Shown: positions 27,746 through 37,573 of the stretch, piece by piece
Position numbering within the stretch: position 1 is the first letter of the stretch
Layout of the letters: the number at the start of each line of letters is the position of its first letter
Assembly (NCBI GenBank): GCA_049287305.1
Contig: JBAQFO010000014.1
Location: 64,453 to 128,452 of the forward strand
Source of the DNA: Minisyncoccia bacterium
GTDB lineage: Bacteria > Patescibacteriota > Minisyncoccia > Phycocordibacterales > UBA9973
Length of the DNA: 64,000 bases
Reading direction: 5' to 3'
Notes under the pieces: model-generated
The model's input: the letters and a program-made list of their open reading frames with translations, nothing else
Told to the model about the DNA's origin: nothing
Databases searched by the model: none
Program-made: the position numbers and the translations under genes

Positions 27746-28426
27746 ATGGACAAAGAGCGTAGAATAGTAGACCTCACTCATGAGCTTTCCCCCGAAATTC
27801 CTTTTTGGAGCGGAAAAAGCGCTTTTGAATTGGAAATTAAAACTGACTACAAAGACTGCACCCCTCCAGATACTTTTCGAACGAATAAAATAAATTGTGC
27901 AGCAGGCATAGGTACTCATATTGATTCCCCTGCGCATGCAATCGAAAATGGGCGGACTACTGACAAATTAACCCTGGAAGAATTGGTAGTGGACTGTGTT
28001 GTTGTTAATGTTAGCAACGAGGCAAGTGAAGATTATATGATTATGCCATCAGCGGTAGAGAAATTCGAAAAAGACTACGGACAAATACCATCTGATTCGT
28101 TCGTGATTTTTTATACCGGCCGGGATAATCTTTGGGAAATCCCCGAAAAATATAATAATAATTATAAATTTCCGGCTGTCCATATTTCTACGGCGGAACT
28201 GCTTTTAAAGAGGGATGTTGTAGGTATAGGAACTGATACTTTGTCTTGCGATAGGGGAGACGCAGGCTTTCCGGTACATAGAGCTATCCTGGGCGCCGAC
28301 AAATACTTGGTTGAGAATATTGCTAATGCCAAAATGCTTCCAGCCACAGGGGCAAAAATTTTCGCTTTGCCTATGAAGATCAAAGATGCCACAGAATCAC
28401 CTTTAAGATTAATAGCTTTAATATGA
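27746..28426 (+). CDS. Cyclase-family protein (kynurenine/aryl-formamidase-like)
   Basis: VDLTHEL, GIGTHIDSPAHAIE and VVGIGTDTLSCD motifs of the cyclase family. Confidence 0.75.
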   Translation: MDKERRIVDLTHELSPEIPFWSGKSAFELEIKTDYKDCTPPDTFRTNKINCAAGIGTHIDSPAHAIENGRTTDKLTLEELVVDCVVVNVSNEASEDYMIMPSAVEKFEKDYGQIPSDSFVIFYTGRDNLWEIPEKYNNNYKFPAVHISTAELLLKRDVVGIGTDTLSCDRGDAGFPVHRAILGADKYLVENIANAKMLPATGAKIFALPMKIKDATESPLRLIALI

Positions 28427-28430
28427 AAAC

Positions 28431-29132
28431 ATGAAAGTTCACATCATAATGCATGAAAGTTTTGAAGCTTCGGCGGCTATTGAAACATGGGCGGAAGGCA
28501 GGGGACACGGCGTTACTTATACTAGGCTATATGCCGGGGACTCTTTCCCCGCAGAATGTGATTTTGATTTTTTGGTTGTTATGGGCGGACCGCAATCTCC
28601 GGCGACCACACTGGAAGAATGTCCACATTTTGATGCTCAAAAGGAAATTGCATTTATTAAAAAAGCTGTGGAACAAAAAAAGATATTGCTTGGGGTGTGC
28701 CTGGGCGCGCAACTTATTGGCGAGGCTCTAGGGGCACACTTTGACCACAGCCCGAATAAAGAAATTGGTGTTTTCCCGATTACTCTTACCGAAGACGGCA
28801 AGCAAGATCCGATATTTTCCACTTTTCCTGAAAAATTCTTGGTTGGTCATTGGCATGGAGATATGCCGGGGCTTACGTCTGAATCAAAGATTCTCGCAAC
28901 GAGCGAGGGCTGTCCAAGGCAGATTGTTCGCTACGCACCTAATATTTACGGATTTCAATGCCATTTTGAATTTACGCCGGAAGCAATTGAGGGAATGATA
29001 CAAAATAGCACAAGCGAACTTGAGCAACTGAAGGGTTTACCTTACGTCCAAACTCCAGAGCAATTAAGGGTAAATGATTACTCTGAGATGAATAAGTTTC
29101 TTTTTAATTTTTTAGATAAAATAGTTAAATAA
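28431..29132 (+). CDS. Class I glutamine amidotransferase-like protein
   Basis: LGVCLGAQLIG (catalytic Cys) and a C-terminal HFE motif. Confidence 0.7.
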   Translation: MKVHIIMHESFEASAAIETWAEGRGHGVTYTRLYAGDSFPAECDFDFLVVMGGPQSPATTLEECPHFDAQKEIAFIKKAVEQKKILLGVCLGAQLIGEALGAHFDHSPNKEIGVFPITLTEDGKQDPIFSTFPEKFLVGHWHGDMPGLTSESKILATSEGCPRQIVRYAPNIYGFQCHFEFTPEAIEGMIQNSTSELEQLKGLPYVQTPEQLRVNDYSEMNKFLFNFLDKIVK

Positions 29133-29136
29133 AATT

Positions 29137-30414
29137 ATGTCAACAGACTATAATTCAAAATTAATAGCTAGTTTATATGAAGAGACGGAGGAAGAGAAAG
29201 CCTCAGAAATAGCTGACGAAATGCTCGAAATTGGAGATGCTATTTTTATACAACCTTTATACTCGGCTTATAAAAAATTCTTCCAAACTAGCATGTCTCA
29301 CTATTTCGTGCAGGATATATCCAATTTTAAAAACCCGGAAGCCACAGAGATATTGAAGAGTATTGCTCGGGAAGGAAAAGAATCAGGGTTTAGTTATTGC
29401 TTGAGTCACTTCATAAAAATTGAATTATATGAACTATGGTTAATAGAAAAAACTTACAGTCTTGTTTTTTCTGAGATAGGTTCAAAATACCCAAATGTTT
29501 ATTCTCTTGAGACTTATTTAGAATATTTACGTAAAGCAAAGTCACAATTGCCCTTAACAGATATGCTCAGGGTATATTTTGAAGATAGTACTAAAAGAAT
29601 TGACCTAAAAACTGTGATTTTAAAATTTTTATTAAAAGAAAATCCGGCAGATAACCTTACGTACTACCTTGAAAACTTCGAAAAGATTAAGGGGGATAAG
29701 TCAGAAATTATTTTAGCAAAAGAAATAGTTGGGTGGAAAGGTTCAATAATAAAAGCTTTGAAAGAAAAAATAATGAAAATTGGATCTCCCTACGCAAAAG
29801 AAATAATCGAAGATGAAATAAAAAAAGAAAAAAAAGAGCAAGAACAAGAGCAAGAAAAAAAGGTTGAATCAAATACGATGGTTTATTCTAATGCAGATAT
29901 TGTAAGTGAAATTTACGATCTAAGAAATTTGATTAACGTCCTCTCTTTAGATAATAAGGATTTTGCATTTGCTCTTTTTCCTGACTCTGAAATTTTATTT
30001 TCTCAAATAAAAACTGCACAAACTAAAGCCGACTTAGATTCATATTGCATCGAACTTAGATCTTTCCTAACTTTGTTTAACAAAAATATAAATAACCACG
30101 GGCTAGATTATGTAGCAGCGTCTAAGTTGATTGCTAACACGACTGAAGATCAGATGAGGACCCCCTTAAACCAACTAGAGTTATATATGACTACAAAAAA
30201 TAAAACTATTTCGGAAAAACTATTTGGGCTTAGAAACCTTATTTTTATTGTTAATAAATTTGCTCATCCCGATGACCAAGAAGGTTTAGTAGATTCTTTA
30301 CAAAAAATTGGCCTTATTGATTTTTATAAAAATAACGATTGGTCAGGTCTTCATAGAAAAATATTAGAAGTCTACAGAGATTCGTTAGTAAAAATTAGGG
30401 AATCTCTCTCATAG
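29137..30414 (+). CDS. Hypothetical protein (425 aa), very AT-rich, with a KKEKKEQEQEQEKK low-complexity linker
   Basis: Long ORF with no recognisable motif. Confidence 0.45.
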   Translation: MSTDYNSKLIASLYEETEEEKASEIADEMLEIGDAIFIQPLYSAYKKFFQTSMSHYFVQDISNFKNPEATEILKSIAREGKESGFSYCLSHFIKIELYELWLIEKTYSLVFSEIGSKYPNVYSLETYLEYLRKAKSQLPLTDMLRVYFEDSTKRIDLKTVILKFLLKENPADNLTYYLENFEKIKGDKSEIILAKEIVGWKGSIIKALKEKIMKIGSPYAKEIIEDEIKKEKKEQEQEQEKKVESNTMVYSNADIVSEIYDLRNLINVLSLDNKDFAFALFPDSEILFSQIKTAQTKADLDSYCIELRSFLTLFNKNINNHGLDYVAASKLIANTTEDQMRTPLNQLELYMTTKNKTISEKLFGLRNLIFIVNKFAHPDDQEGLVDSLQKIGLIDFYKNNDWSGLHRKILEVYRDSLVKIRESLS

Positions 30415-30421
30415 CCACATA

Positions 30422-32938
30422 TTAATTTTTTGCTTTTAGAAATTTCTCAATTATTTTTCCGTCTCTTTTGAGCCAGGCGATGTTGCCTTCAAGGCGTTCA
30501 AGGACTTGGTCTATGGCGCGTTTGGCGCCGGGGGCTTTGTGGGTCTGGAAGAATTGCTTGAAGGATTTCAAGTGTTTGGTTTCAGCGCTTCCGCCTATAG
30601 CTTTCACGGCGCTTGATAGGGTGAGTCCACCTTCACCGTAGCGAGAGACAAAAGTTTTCCAATTCTTTTTCATAAAATTCCACCAAATGTCTCGTCCTAT
30701 AGGATTGGCACCCACATTAGACAGGATGCCGATGCTGTCTTGCTGGCGGACGTGGGGAGACATGGCAAATTCACAGGCAAGCTGTAATATTTTTGGATTT
30801 TGGAAATCTCCCAAATTACCCCCTATGCGGTTCTTCTCTTCGTGGAGAGTTTCCTTTTTATACATCTTTACCAGCGTTTCGTATTCTTTCATATCTCCCC
30901 AGGTGGCGATAATGGAATATATTGCTCCCCGAATGTCTGGAGAAATGTGCCCGCCTTTTTGCAAAGATAAAAATTTCTTTCTGGCTTCTGAAATTACTTT
31001 CTTATCTCCCGCACGTCCCGCCCGAGAAATCGCCAAAGAGCGGAGGAGGATGTCCGAATGAGCCTCACCATCCTTGCTCTGCCAACCCAATTTCTCTACA
31101 AGAGGGGAGAACAATTGTCGAGAAAGAGCGTCCAGCTTATTCACCGCATTCTGCGGGACCCCGCCTGAGGCGGTGGCTTTGGATTTAGAATGAGCCAATA
31201 GTTGTTCAAAGCGAGCCAGACCGGAAGCAATTTCTACCCATACGGTATAATTATCCTCGTTTTCATACGCAGTTAAAAATTTAAGCGCATCCACCGAAGG
31301 CCGGTCACCGGATTCGGCGAGCGCAAATAAGTCGCGGATGATGCCCAGCCTGTCCCGAGCCGGAAGCTCTTTAGTTGAAACAGGTGACACCAACCTTTGA
31401 AGCAACGGCTCATCATAGGCGGTGCGGTAGAATCCAACTTCACCGAAATTCATTTTTAAAAAATCTTCGGAAACGAAAGCGAGCGGAACTTGCCAAACAG
31501 TTCTCATCTTATTTTTCCTTTTGGAAACAGGGCTGGCGAAAAATCTCTCTTGCGAAATTATTAAGTCTTTGCTTATTTTTATTACGGGATAGCCTGGCTT
31601 CTTAGTCCAATCATCCATCATTTTCGCAACCGATTTTCCCGAAACTTTCTCAAACGCTTGCCAAAGGTGCGTAGTCTCCGCATTTTTATAGCTATATTTT
31701 TTTAAATAATACCTGAGTCCGTTTCTGAAATTTTCTTCACCTAAATATTCGGCGAGCATGCGAATAACCGAAGCGCCCTTAGAATAGGAAACTGCGTCAA
31801 AAATTTCACCTATTTCGTCTGGATGATGGACTTCTACTTCAATGGGATGGGTGCTTTCTAGTGCGTCTAAGCGCAGGGCCCGGCCGAGGTCATCGGTGGC
31901 AAAGTGCGTCCAGATATCCCACTTCGGGAAAAGTTTGTCTACCGCAAGGTATTCAATAAACGAAGCAAAGCCTTCGTTTAGCCACAGGTGAGTCCACCAT
32001 TCCATTGTTACCAGGTTGCCGAACCATTGGTGAGCGAGTTCGTGAGCAACGACAAGCGCTACCCATTGCTTATTGGAAGTCGAGGAGTGTTCTTCATCCA
32101 CAAGCAAGGCGCTTTCTCTATAAGTTATTGCTCCCCAGTTTTCCATTGCCCCAGACGCGAAGTCTGGGATAGCTATCATGTCCAGCTCAGGAAGAGGGAA
32201 AGGGATGTTAAAATATTTTTCGTAAAATTCCAGTGTTTTCACGGCGCATTCTAGGGCAAATTTTGCCTGATGTTTTTTGCCGGCGGTGGTAAACACCCGG
32301 ACGATGGTGCCGTTCTTAGATTTTCTTTCCAAAAATTCGAAATCTCCGACAATGAATGCGAGAAGGTAGGTAGACATTTTCGGCGTGGGAGAAAACTTAA
32401 TAATTTCATATCCTGCCTCATGCTCCGCCACGGATATGGGTAGGGTATTTGAAATTGCGGTTTTGCCTTTAGGCACCACCAGAGAAACATTAAAGATAGC
32501 TTTTTGCGCCGGTTCGTCAATGCAAGGGAAAGCGCGACGGGCGTCGGTGGCTTCAAATTGGGTTGTGGCCATCACACACTCTTTACCGTCCACGTTGTAA
32601 CAGCTTCTATAAAAACCACGCATCTTGTCGTTTAAAATTCCGCGGAAAAATATTTTAAGTTTAACTTTACCGGCGGGGAGAAATTCTGGAAATGAAAAGG
32701 TAGCTGTCTCGCTTTTTTTGTCATAGGAAATTTTGGCAAATTTTTTTGCTATGTCTGCTGTCTGAATTTCAATTTCCTTGGAGTGAAGAGTTAGGGTTTT
32801 TGTTTTTTCTAAAATAGATAGGGTTATGGTCTCAAAACCGGAAAAAGTGAAATTCTCCAAATCGGGTTTCAGCTGTATGTCGTAGTCCATAGGAATGATA
32901 TTTTTGGACAGGCGGACGCTGTTTCGCTTTATTTTCAT
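30422..32938 (-). CDS. pepN: Aminopeptidase N (M1 family)
   Basis: GAMENWG, HELAHQWFGNLVTMEWWTHLWLNEGFA (HEXXH-E zinc site), 838 aa. Confidence 0.9.
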   Translation of the reverse strand: MKIKRNSVRLSKNIIPMDYDIQLKPDLENFTFSGFETITLSILEKTKTLTLHSKEIEIQTADIAKKFAKISYDKKSETATFSFPEFLPAGKVKLKIFFRGILNDKMRGFYRSCYNVDGKECVMATTQFEATDARRAFPCIDEPAQKAIFNVSLVVPKGKTAISNTLPISVAEHEAGYEIIKFSPTPKMSTYLLAFIVGDFEFLERKSKNGTIVRVFTTAGKKHQAKFALECAVKTLEFYEKYFNIPFPLPELDMIAIPDFASGAMENWGAITYRESALLVDEEHSSTSNKQWVALVVAHELAHQWFGNLVTMEWWTHLWLNEGFASFIEYLAVDKLFPKWDIWTHFATDDLGRALRLDALESTHPIEVEVHHPDEIGEIFDAVSYSKGASVIRMLAEYLGEENFRNGLRYYLKKYSYKNAETTHLWQAFEKVSGKSVAKMMDDWTKKPGYPVIKISKDLIISQERFFASPVSKRKNKMRTVWQVPLAFVSEDFLKMNFGEVGFYRTAYDEPLLQRLVSPVSTKELPARDRLGIIRDLFALAESGDRPSVDALKFLTAYENEDNYTVWVEIASGLARFEQLLAHSKSKATASGGVPQNAVNKLDALSRQLFSPLVEKLGWQSKDGEAHSDILLRSLAISRAGRAGDKKVISEARKKFLSLQKGGHISPDIRGAIYSIIATWGDMKEYETLVKMYKKETLHEEKNRIGGNLGDFQNPKILQLACEFAMSPHVRQQDSIGILSNVGANPIGRDIWWNFMKKNWKTFVSRYGEGGLTLSSAVKAIGGSAETKHLKSFKQFFQTHKAPGAKRAIDQVLERLEGNIAWLKRDGKIIEKFLKAKN

Positions 32939-32983
32939 AAATACATCTTAGCATAAAGTAAAAAAACGCATAAAAATACAAAG

Positions 32984-33015
32984 CCCCGTAGAGAGCAACA
33001 GGGCTCTGTACGGGG
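32984..33015 (-). terminator. Terminator hairpin CCCCGTAGAGAGC...GCTCTGTACGGGG downstream of the GC-rich gene on the minus strand
   Basis: 13-bp stem with one mismatch, T-rich tract on the minus strand. Confidence 0.4.
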
Positions 33016-33029
33016 CAGGGTGTGATGTC

Positions 33030-33557
33030 TTACGAACGGAACCTGCTCCTGGAGAGTTTCTGACCGGTTCGTCTGTCGAGCGAGCCGTTCTGCACCAGCA
33101 CTTTTGGAGCGTGACTGCAGAATGGACCTGCAGTGATTTCCAACGTGTGCTGGTAGCGCCCTTTGCCGTTACGGACCTTTACTCCGGCCCGTTTGTGGGT
33201 CAAGACCACCCCAATCAAGTAGTCCTTGATGGGATGGTCGTGGGAGTGCTGATTGACGGCGAAGATTGCCGCCAACACTTCTCTCCCCGACATGTCGGCT
33301 GTCAGGAGTCCCTGGTTCCCCAGGGCGATAATCCTGCTGCCGACTTGCTTGACCCAGGTGTAGTCCTTGCCAGTCCGCTTGGCTCTCTCCAAGCCAGACC
33401 GGTGCTTCTTGATGTACTTAGTGAGCGCGCCACGCTCACTCGGTACCGGTGAGTGTTTCTTTGGTGTTCTTCTGCCGAGGGCGATGCCCACGACAAGGAC
33501 TACCACCCCGATGAATGCAATTACTCCCCAAACCTCAGCAGGCATAGAGCCCTCCAA
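33030..33557 (-). CDS. Hypothetical membrane-anchored protein (175 aa), GC-rich (about 55%)
   Basis: N-terminal TM helix VWGVIAFIGVVVLVVGIALG followed by a basic region. Composition is strongly atypical for this genome. Confidence 0.45.
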   Translation of the reverse strand: MEGSMPAEVWGVIAFIGVVVLVVGIALGRRTPKKHSPVPSERGALTKYIKKHRSGLERAKRTGKDYTWVKQVGSRIIALGNQGLLTADMSGREVLAAIFAVNQHSHDHPIKDYLIGVVLTHKRAGVKVRNGKGRYQHTLEITAGPFCSHAPKVLVQNGSLDRRTGQKLSRSRFRS

Positions 33558-33683
33558 GTGATTAATTCCATTAATTGTGAAGCCAATTCCCAGGAAAGGG
33601 CATGGCGAACGTTTGCAGAATTATAGCATAATAATAGCTCAAAGTCAAGACGACGATGTAACGAAAAATGCTAGTATATAAAG

Positions 33684-34427
33684 GTGGAAAACCAAACTTA
33701 CCAAATAAAAATGACCGGCTTTGAGGGTCCGTTCGGACTACTTTTAGACCTAATAGAAAAACGCAAACTTCACATCAACGATGTTTCTTTGGCTGAAGTA
33801 ACAGAAGATTACTTGAAACATTTGAACACACTAGGCGGGCTTCCTCCTGCCGAGATTTCAAGCTTCGTTCTGGTTGCTTCCACTCTCCTTTTAATAAAGT
33901 CCAAATCTTTGTTACCGAATTTAGACCTGACAACAGAAGAAGAAGGGGATATTAAAAACCTTGAAGAGAGACTTCGCCTATATGAACTTTTCACCAAGCT
34001 TGGAGGAAATATAAAAAGTGATTTTGGTCAAAACATAATCTTTGCGCCGCAAGAGCGTAAAAATAATCTTCTAGTGTTTTTGCCCGATGAGCAAACCACA
34101 CCCGACTCCATGATGACCTTCGCTCAAAATGTGCTGGGTGCTATGCCGAAAAAAGTGTTTTTGCCTGAAGTTGAAGTCCGAAAAGTTATAAGCATAGAGG
34201 AAATGATAAATAGCCTTACGGAGAGAATAACTAAATCTTTGAAAATGAATTTTAAAGAGTTCAGCGGCAAGGCCGTAACTCGGGAAGAGAAAGTCTTTGT
34301 AATCGTGGGGTTTCTTGCTATGCTGGAACTTGTAAGAAACGGGATAATAGACGCTATACAGTCTTCGCACGGGGAAGATATTTTTATAGAAAAGACAGAA
34401 GTTGTGGTTGAAGCTACTTATGAATAA
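33684..34427 (+). CDS. scpA: Segregation and condensation protein A
   Basis: MTGFEGPFGLLLDLIEKRKLHINDVSLAEVTEDYL, the canonical ScpA N-terminus. Confidence 0.8.
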   Translation: MENQTYQIKMTGFEGPFGLLLDLIEKRKLHINDVSLAEVTEDYLKHLNTLGGLPPAEISSFVLVASTLLLIKSKSLLPNLDLTTEEEGDIKNLEERLRLYELFTKLGGNIKSDFGQNIIFAPQERKNNLLVFLPDEQTTPDSMMTFAQNVLGAMPKKVFLPEVEVRKVISIEEMINSLTERITKSLKMNFKEFSGKAVTREEKVFVIVGFLAMLELVRNGIIDAIQSSHGEDIFIEKTEVVVEATYE

Positions 34428-34983
34428 TGACTTAGAAAAAAAAATAGAAGCCATCCTTTTTTGGAAAGGGGAGCCGGTCGCACTGAAAAAACTCGGTGAA
34501 ATATTGAAAGTTTCGCCGGGGGAAGTGCTGGAAGCTATTTCGCATTTGAAAGTAACTCTGGAGAGCCGGGGAATAGCGCTTCAGGAAAATAACGAAGAAT
34601 TTACATTGGGCACGGCGCCCGAGTTTTCTGACCTTTTTGAGAATTTACAAAAAGAAGAACTGAACAAAGACCTTTCCAAGGCGGCGCTTGAAACATTGTC
34701 CGTCGTGCTTTATAAAAACGGCGCAAGCCGAGCGGAGATTGATTATATTCGAGGAGTAAACTCAAGCTTCTCTTTACGAGCTCTGTCTATCCGAGGGCTG
34801 GTGGAAAAAACCCTGGATCCGAAAGACAGCAGAAGATTTATCTACAAACCAAGCTTTGACCTCTTGTCGTTTATGGGCGTGAAATCGGTGCAAGAGCTAC
34901 CGGGATGGGAAGAAGTTAATGCTTCCGTAGAAATTGCCGCGAAAAACTTAGAAGAAGAAACTAATAATGAAAGTTCAGGTTAA
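34402..34983 (+). CDS. scpB: Segregation and condensation protein B
   Basis: IEAILFWKGEPVALKKLGEIL...tandem winged-helix, overlaps scpA. Confidence 0.8.
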   Translation: MWLKLLMNNDLEKKIEAILFWKGEPVALKKLGEILKVSPGEVLEAISHLKVTLESRGIALQENNEEFTLGTAPEFSDLFENLQKEELNKDLSKAALETLSVVLYKNGASRAEIDYIRGVNSSFSLRALSIRGLVEKTLDPKDSRRFIYKPSFDLLSFMGVKSVQELPGWEEVNASVEIAAKNLEEETNNESSG

Positions 34984-36646
34984 AACTTGTGTTAACTGCC
35001 AACTAGACTTTACGATAGAGCCGGATGATTTCGGATTTTACGAAAAAATAAATGTGCCTGCACCTACATCCTGCCCAGATTGTAGACTGCAAAGACGTCT
35101 GGCGTGGAGAAATGATCTTACTTTTTATAATCGCAAATGCGATGTGTGTAAAAAAGAGATAATTTCACTTTATCACCAAGATAAACCACTGACTGTTTAT
35201 TGCAATAAGTGCTGGTGGAGCGACAAGTGGGACCCGAAAAGTTACGGCCAAGAGATAGATTTTTCAAGGCCATTTTTTGAGCAGTTTAGAGAATTGCAGG
35301 ACCGAGTGCCGTTGCTCGCAATGTTCAATGATGATGGAGTAGGAAGCGTAAACTGTGAATATACGCAAAATACCACCTTTGCAAAAAATTGCTACATGGG
35401 AGCAATGACCTGGAAAAGCGAGGACGTTATGTATTACTATCATATTGCCGGACCAGAAACGAGAGATGTTGTGGATCCTTTAGATATATTCAACTATTCT
35501 CAAATTATTTATGATTCAATCTTTCTGGAACACTGCTACAATTGCAAGAATTGTTATTACTCAACTGGTCTTACTGATTGTAATTTTTGCTATGACTGCA
35601 AAGGTTGCTCCGATTGTTTTATGTCGGTAAATCTGAGACAGAAAAAATATTGTATTTTAAATAAACAATACACAAAAGAAGAATACAAAAAAATAATAAA
35701 AAGCTACCGGTTGGATACTTTTTCGGGTGTGGCGCGGGCTAAAAAAGAGTTTGCTGATTTTCTTTCTATGCAGATAAGAAGATTTGCAAATATTCGAAAT
35801 TCTGTTAGTTGTACTGGTGATGGAATATTTAATTGTAAGAATGTAAAAAATTCGATATTCGCTAGAGCCTGTGAAAATGTGCGATTTTTTTGGAGAGGCA
35901 ATGATGTTAAAGATAGTTACGACTTAACTCCGGCTGGGGAAACATCGGAGTGCTACGAAGGCCTAACTCCCGACCATGATTATCGCGTCCTATTCTCAAT
36001 CTACTCTTTAAAAAGCCAGGAATTGAGCTATGTAGAAAATTGCCATTCTTCCAAGCACCTATTTGGATGTGCGGGCATCAGGCATGGGCAGTATTCTATT
36101 TTAAATAAAGAGTATTCTAAAGAAGAATATTTCCAACTACGAGATAAGCTTATTAAACACATGAAAACTACGGGGGAGTATGGGGAATTTTTCCCAGGCT
36201 CAATGTCAAATTTTGGCTACAATGAAACAATGGCCCAAGATTATTTTCCTCTAACGAAAGAACAAGCTCTAGCTCGTGGCTTTAAATGGTGGGATAAGAT
36301 CCAAAAAACTCATGGGAAGGAAACGCTTTCCCACGATCAGATACCAGATTCAATTAACAATATTACTGATGCTATACTTGGAGAAGTGTTCGCGTGTCTT
36401 GAGTGTAAAAGAAATTACAAAATTATTAAAAATGAGTTCTTGTTCTACAAAAAACATTTAATACCTATACCTAGAAAATGTTTCTTTTGCAGGCATAGCG
36501 ATCGTATGAAGTTTGAGAATCCCTGTAAACTCTGGCACCGAAAATGTATGAACGAAGGGTGCATAAACGAATTTGAAACCAGCTATGCGCCAGAGCGGCC
36601 GGAAATAATTTACTGCGAAAGTTGTTATAACAAAGAAGTTTATTAG
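34967..36646 (+). CDS. Cysteine-rich multi-zinc-ribbon paralog family member 4
   Basis: 559 aa. TCVNCQLDFTIEPDDFGFYEKINVPAPTSCPDCRLQRRLAWRND..., internal CKGCSDCFMSVNLRQKKYCILNKQYTKEEY, C-terminal FETSYAPERPEIIYCESCYNKEVY. Overlaps the scpB stop by 17 nt. Confidence 0.85.
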   Translation: MKVQVKTCVNCQLDFTIEPDDFGFYEKINVPAPTSCPDCRLQRRLAWRNDLTFYNRKCDVCKKEIISLYHQDKPLTVYCNKCWWSDKWDPKSYGQEIDFSRPFFEQFRELQDRVPLLAMFNDDGVGSVNCEYTQNTTFAKNCYMGAMTWKSEDVMYYYHIAGPETRDVVDPLDIFNYSQIIYDSIFLEHCYNCKNCYYSTGLTDCNFCYDCKGCSDCFMSVNLRQKKYCILNKQYTKEEYKKIIKSYRLDTFSGVARAKKEFADFLSMQIRRFANIRNSVSCTGDGIFNCKNVKNSIFARACENVRFFWRGNDVKDSYDLTPAGETSECYEGLTPDHDYRVLFSIYSLKSQELSYVENCHSSKHLFGCAGIRHGQYSILNKEYSKEEYFQLRDKLIKHMKTTGEYGEFFPGSMSNFGYNETMAQDYFPLTKEQALARGFKWWDKIQKTHGKETLSHDQIPDSINNITDAILGEVFACLECKRNYKIIKNEFLFYKKHLIPIPRKCFFCRHSDRMKFENPCKLWHRKCMNEGCINEFETSYAPERPEIIYCESCYNKEVY

Positions 36647-36649
36647 CTA

Positions 36650-36675
36650 CTTTACTTAACTAAAGTAGCTAGAGG
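36650..36675. repeat. Perfect 10-bp-arm palindrome AGCTACTTTA-cttaac-TAAAGTAGCT between convergent gene ends; its core ACTTTACTTAACTAAAGT is identical to the site at 26899-26918
   Basis: Seen directly. Confidence 0.45.
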
Positions 36676-36678
36676 AGA

Positions 36679-37515
36679 TTACAGACACTCAGTATTTATG
36701 CCGAGGACGTAATTGTTTATCAGATTCAAGTTTTTTACATTTTCTTCTCCCGCAAAACCTTGTAGGTCGATATCGGTAATCAAAGTTTTATATCTTTCCG
36801 TAAAATTTTTCGCGAGCGGAAGATAAGACCAATGCCACTTTTCTTCATTGTAGCCAGAAGGGCGAACGAGACTTTTCTCATTGTAGGGCTGGCAAAATCC
36901 ATAAGTTGAAGCATTTTTAACTAGCCATTCATAAACTCTTTTCCCGTCTTCGGTTTGAAAATAATAGGGGACTGTCATGTTTACGTCTATGTCAGTGCCC
37001 CAGTGGTGGCGAGAAGTGCCGGGGACCGAACTGTATTCCAGAATTTTTTCAAATCTTGCTAATCCGTCAGGGATAGAAATGTTTAATTTTTTTCCATCTA
37101 CCAAGGTAATCCCATTCCACTTGTCGTCCCAAATTTTTTTCTGGGAATCAAAATTTCTGGCAGCTGAAACTATTTGCAAATTTACGCCTTCCTTGCTGGC
37201 TGCTTCCGCCATCGCGATAAATGCCCCCAAGGCCTCTTTCCTTAAGTGGGTGTTGTATCCGCTCATGTTATATTTTGCCGGCACAGGTAGAAATTCAACC
37301 ACTTGGCTAGGAATAAATTTACCAAGCAGGTAAACCTTCTCTGCTTCTTCTTTGGCTTTTCTGCCGGCTTCCTTTTGAGCCAGCTCTTCTTGCAGGGCTT
37401 TTTGCGCAAGCAGTTTTTGTTCTTTAATCGTCGAAAGGGAAAAATTAACTATTATTGCTCCTACAACAGCCAATATAATTAAAGAAATTAGGATTTTTGT
37501 TGAATTTTTTTTCAC
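36679..37515 (-). CDS. Membrane-anchored M15-family D-Ala-D-Ala carboxypeptidase (VanY-like)
   Basis: N-terminal TM helix, then SAARNFDSQKKIW and GTSRHHWGTDIDVN (LAS-type zinc site). Confidence 0.7.
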   Translation of the reverse strand: MKKNSTKILISLIILAVVGAIIVNFSLSTIKEQKLLAQKALQEELAQKEAGRKAKEEAEKVYLLGKFIPSQVVEFLPVPAKYNMSGYNTHLRKEALGAFIAMAEAASKEGVNLQIVSAARNFDSQKKIWDDKWNGITLVDGKKLNISIPDGLARFEKILEYSSVPGTSRHHWGTDIDVNMTVPYYFQTEDGKRVYEWLVKNASTYGFCQPYNEKSLVRPSGYNEEKWHWSYLPLAKNFTERYKTLITDIDLQGFAGEENVKNLNLINNYVLGINTECL

Positions 37516-37573
37516 TTCCGAACAATAACATATGGATGCATTTTAATCAAAAAAGTCCTATATTATAAGGACA

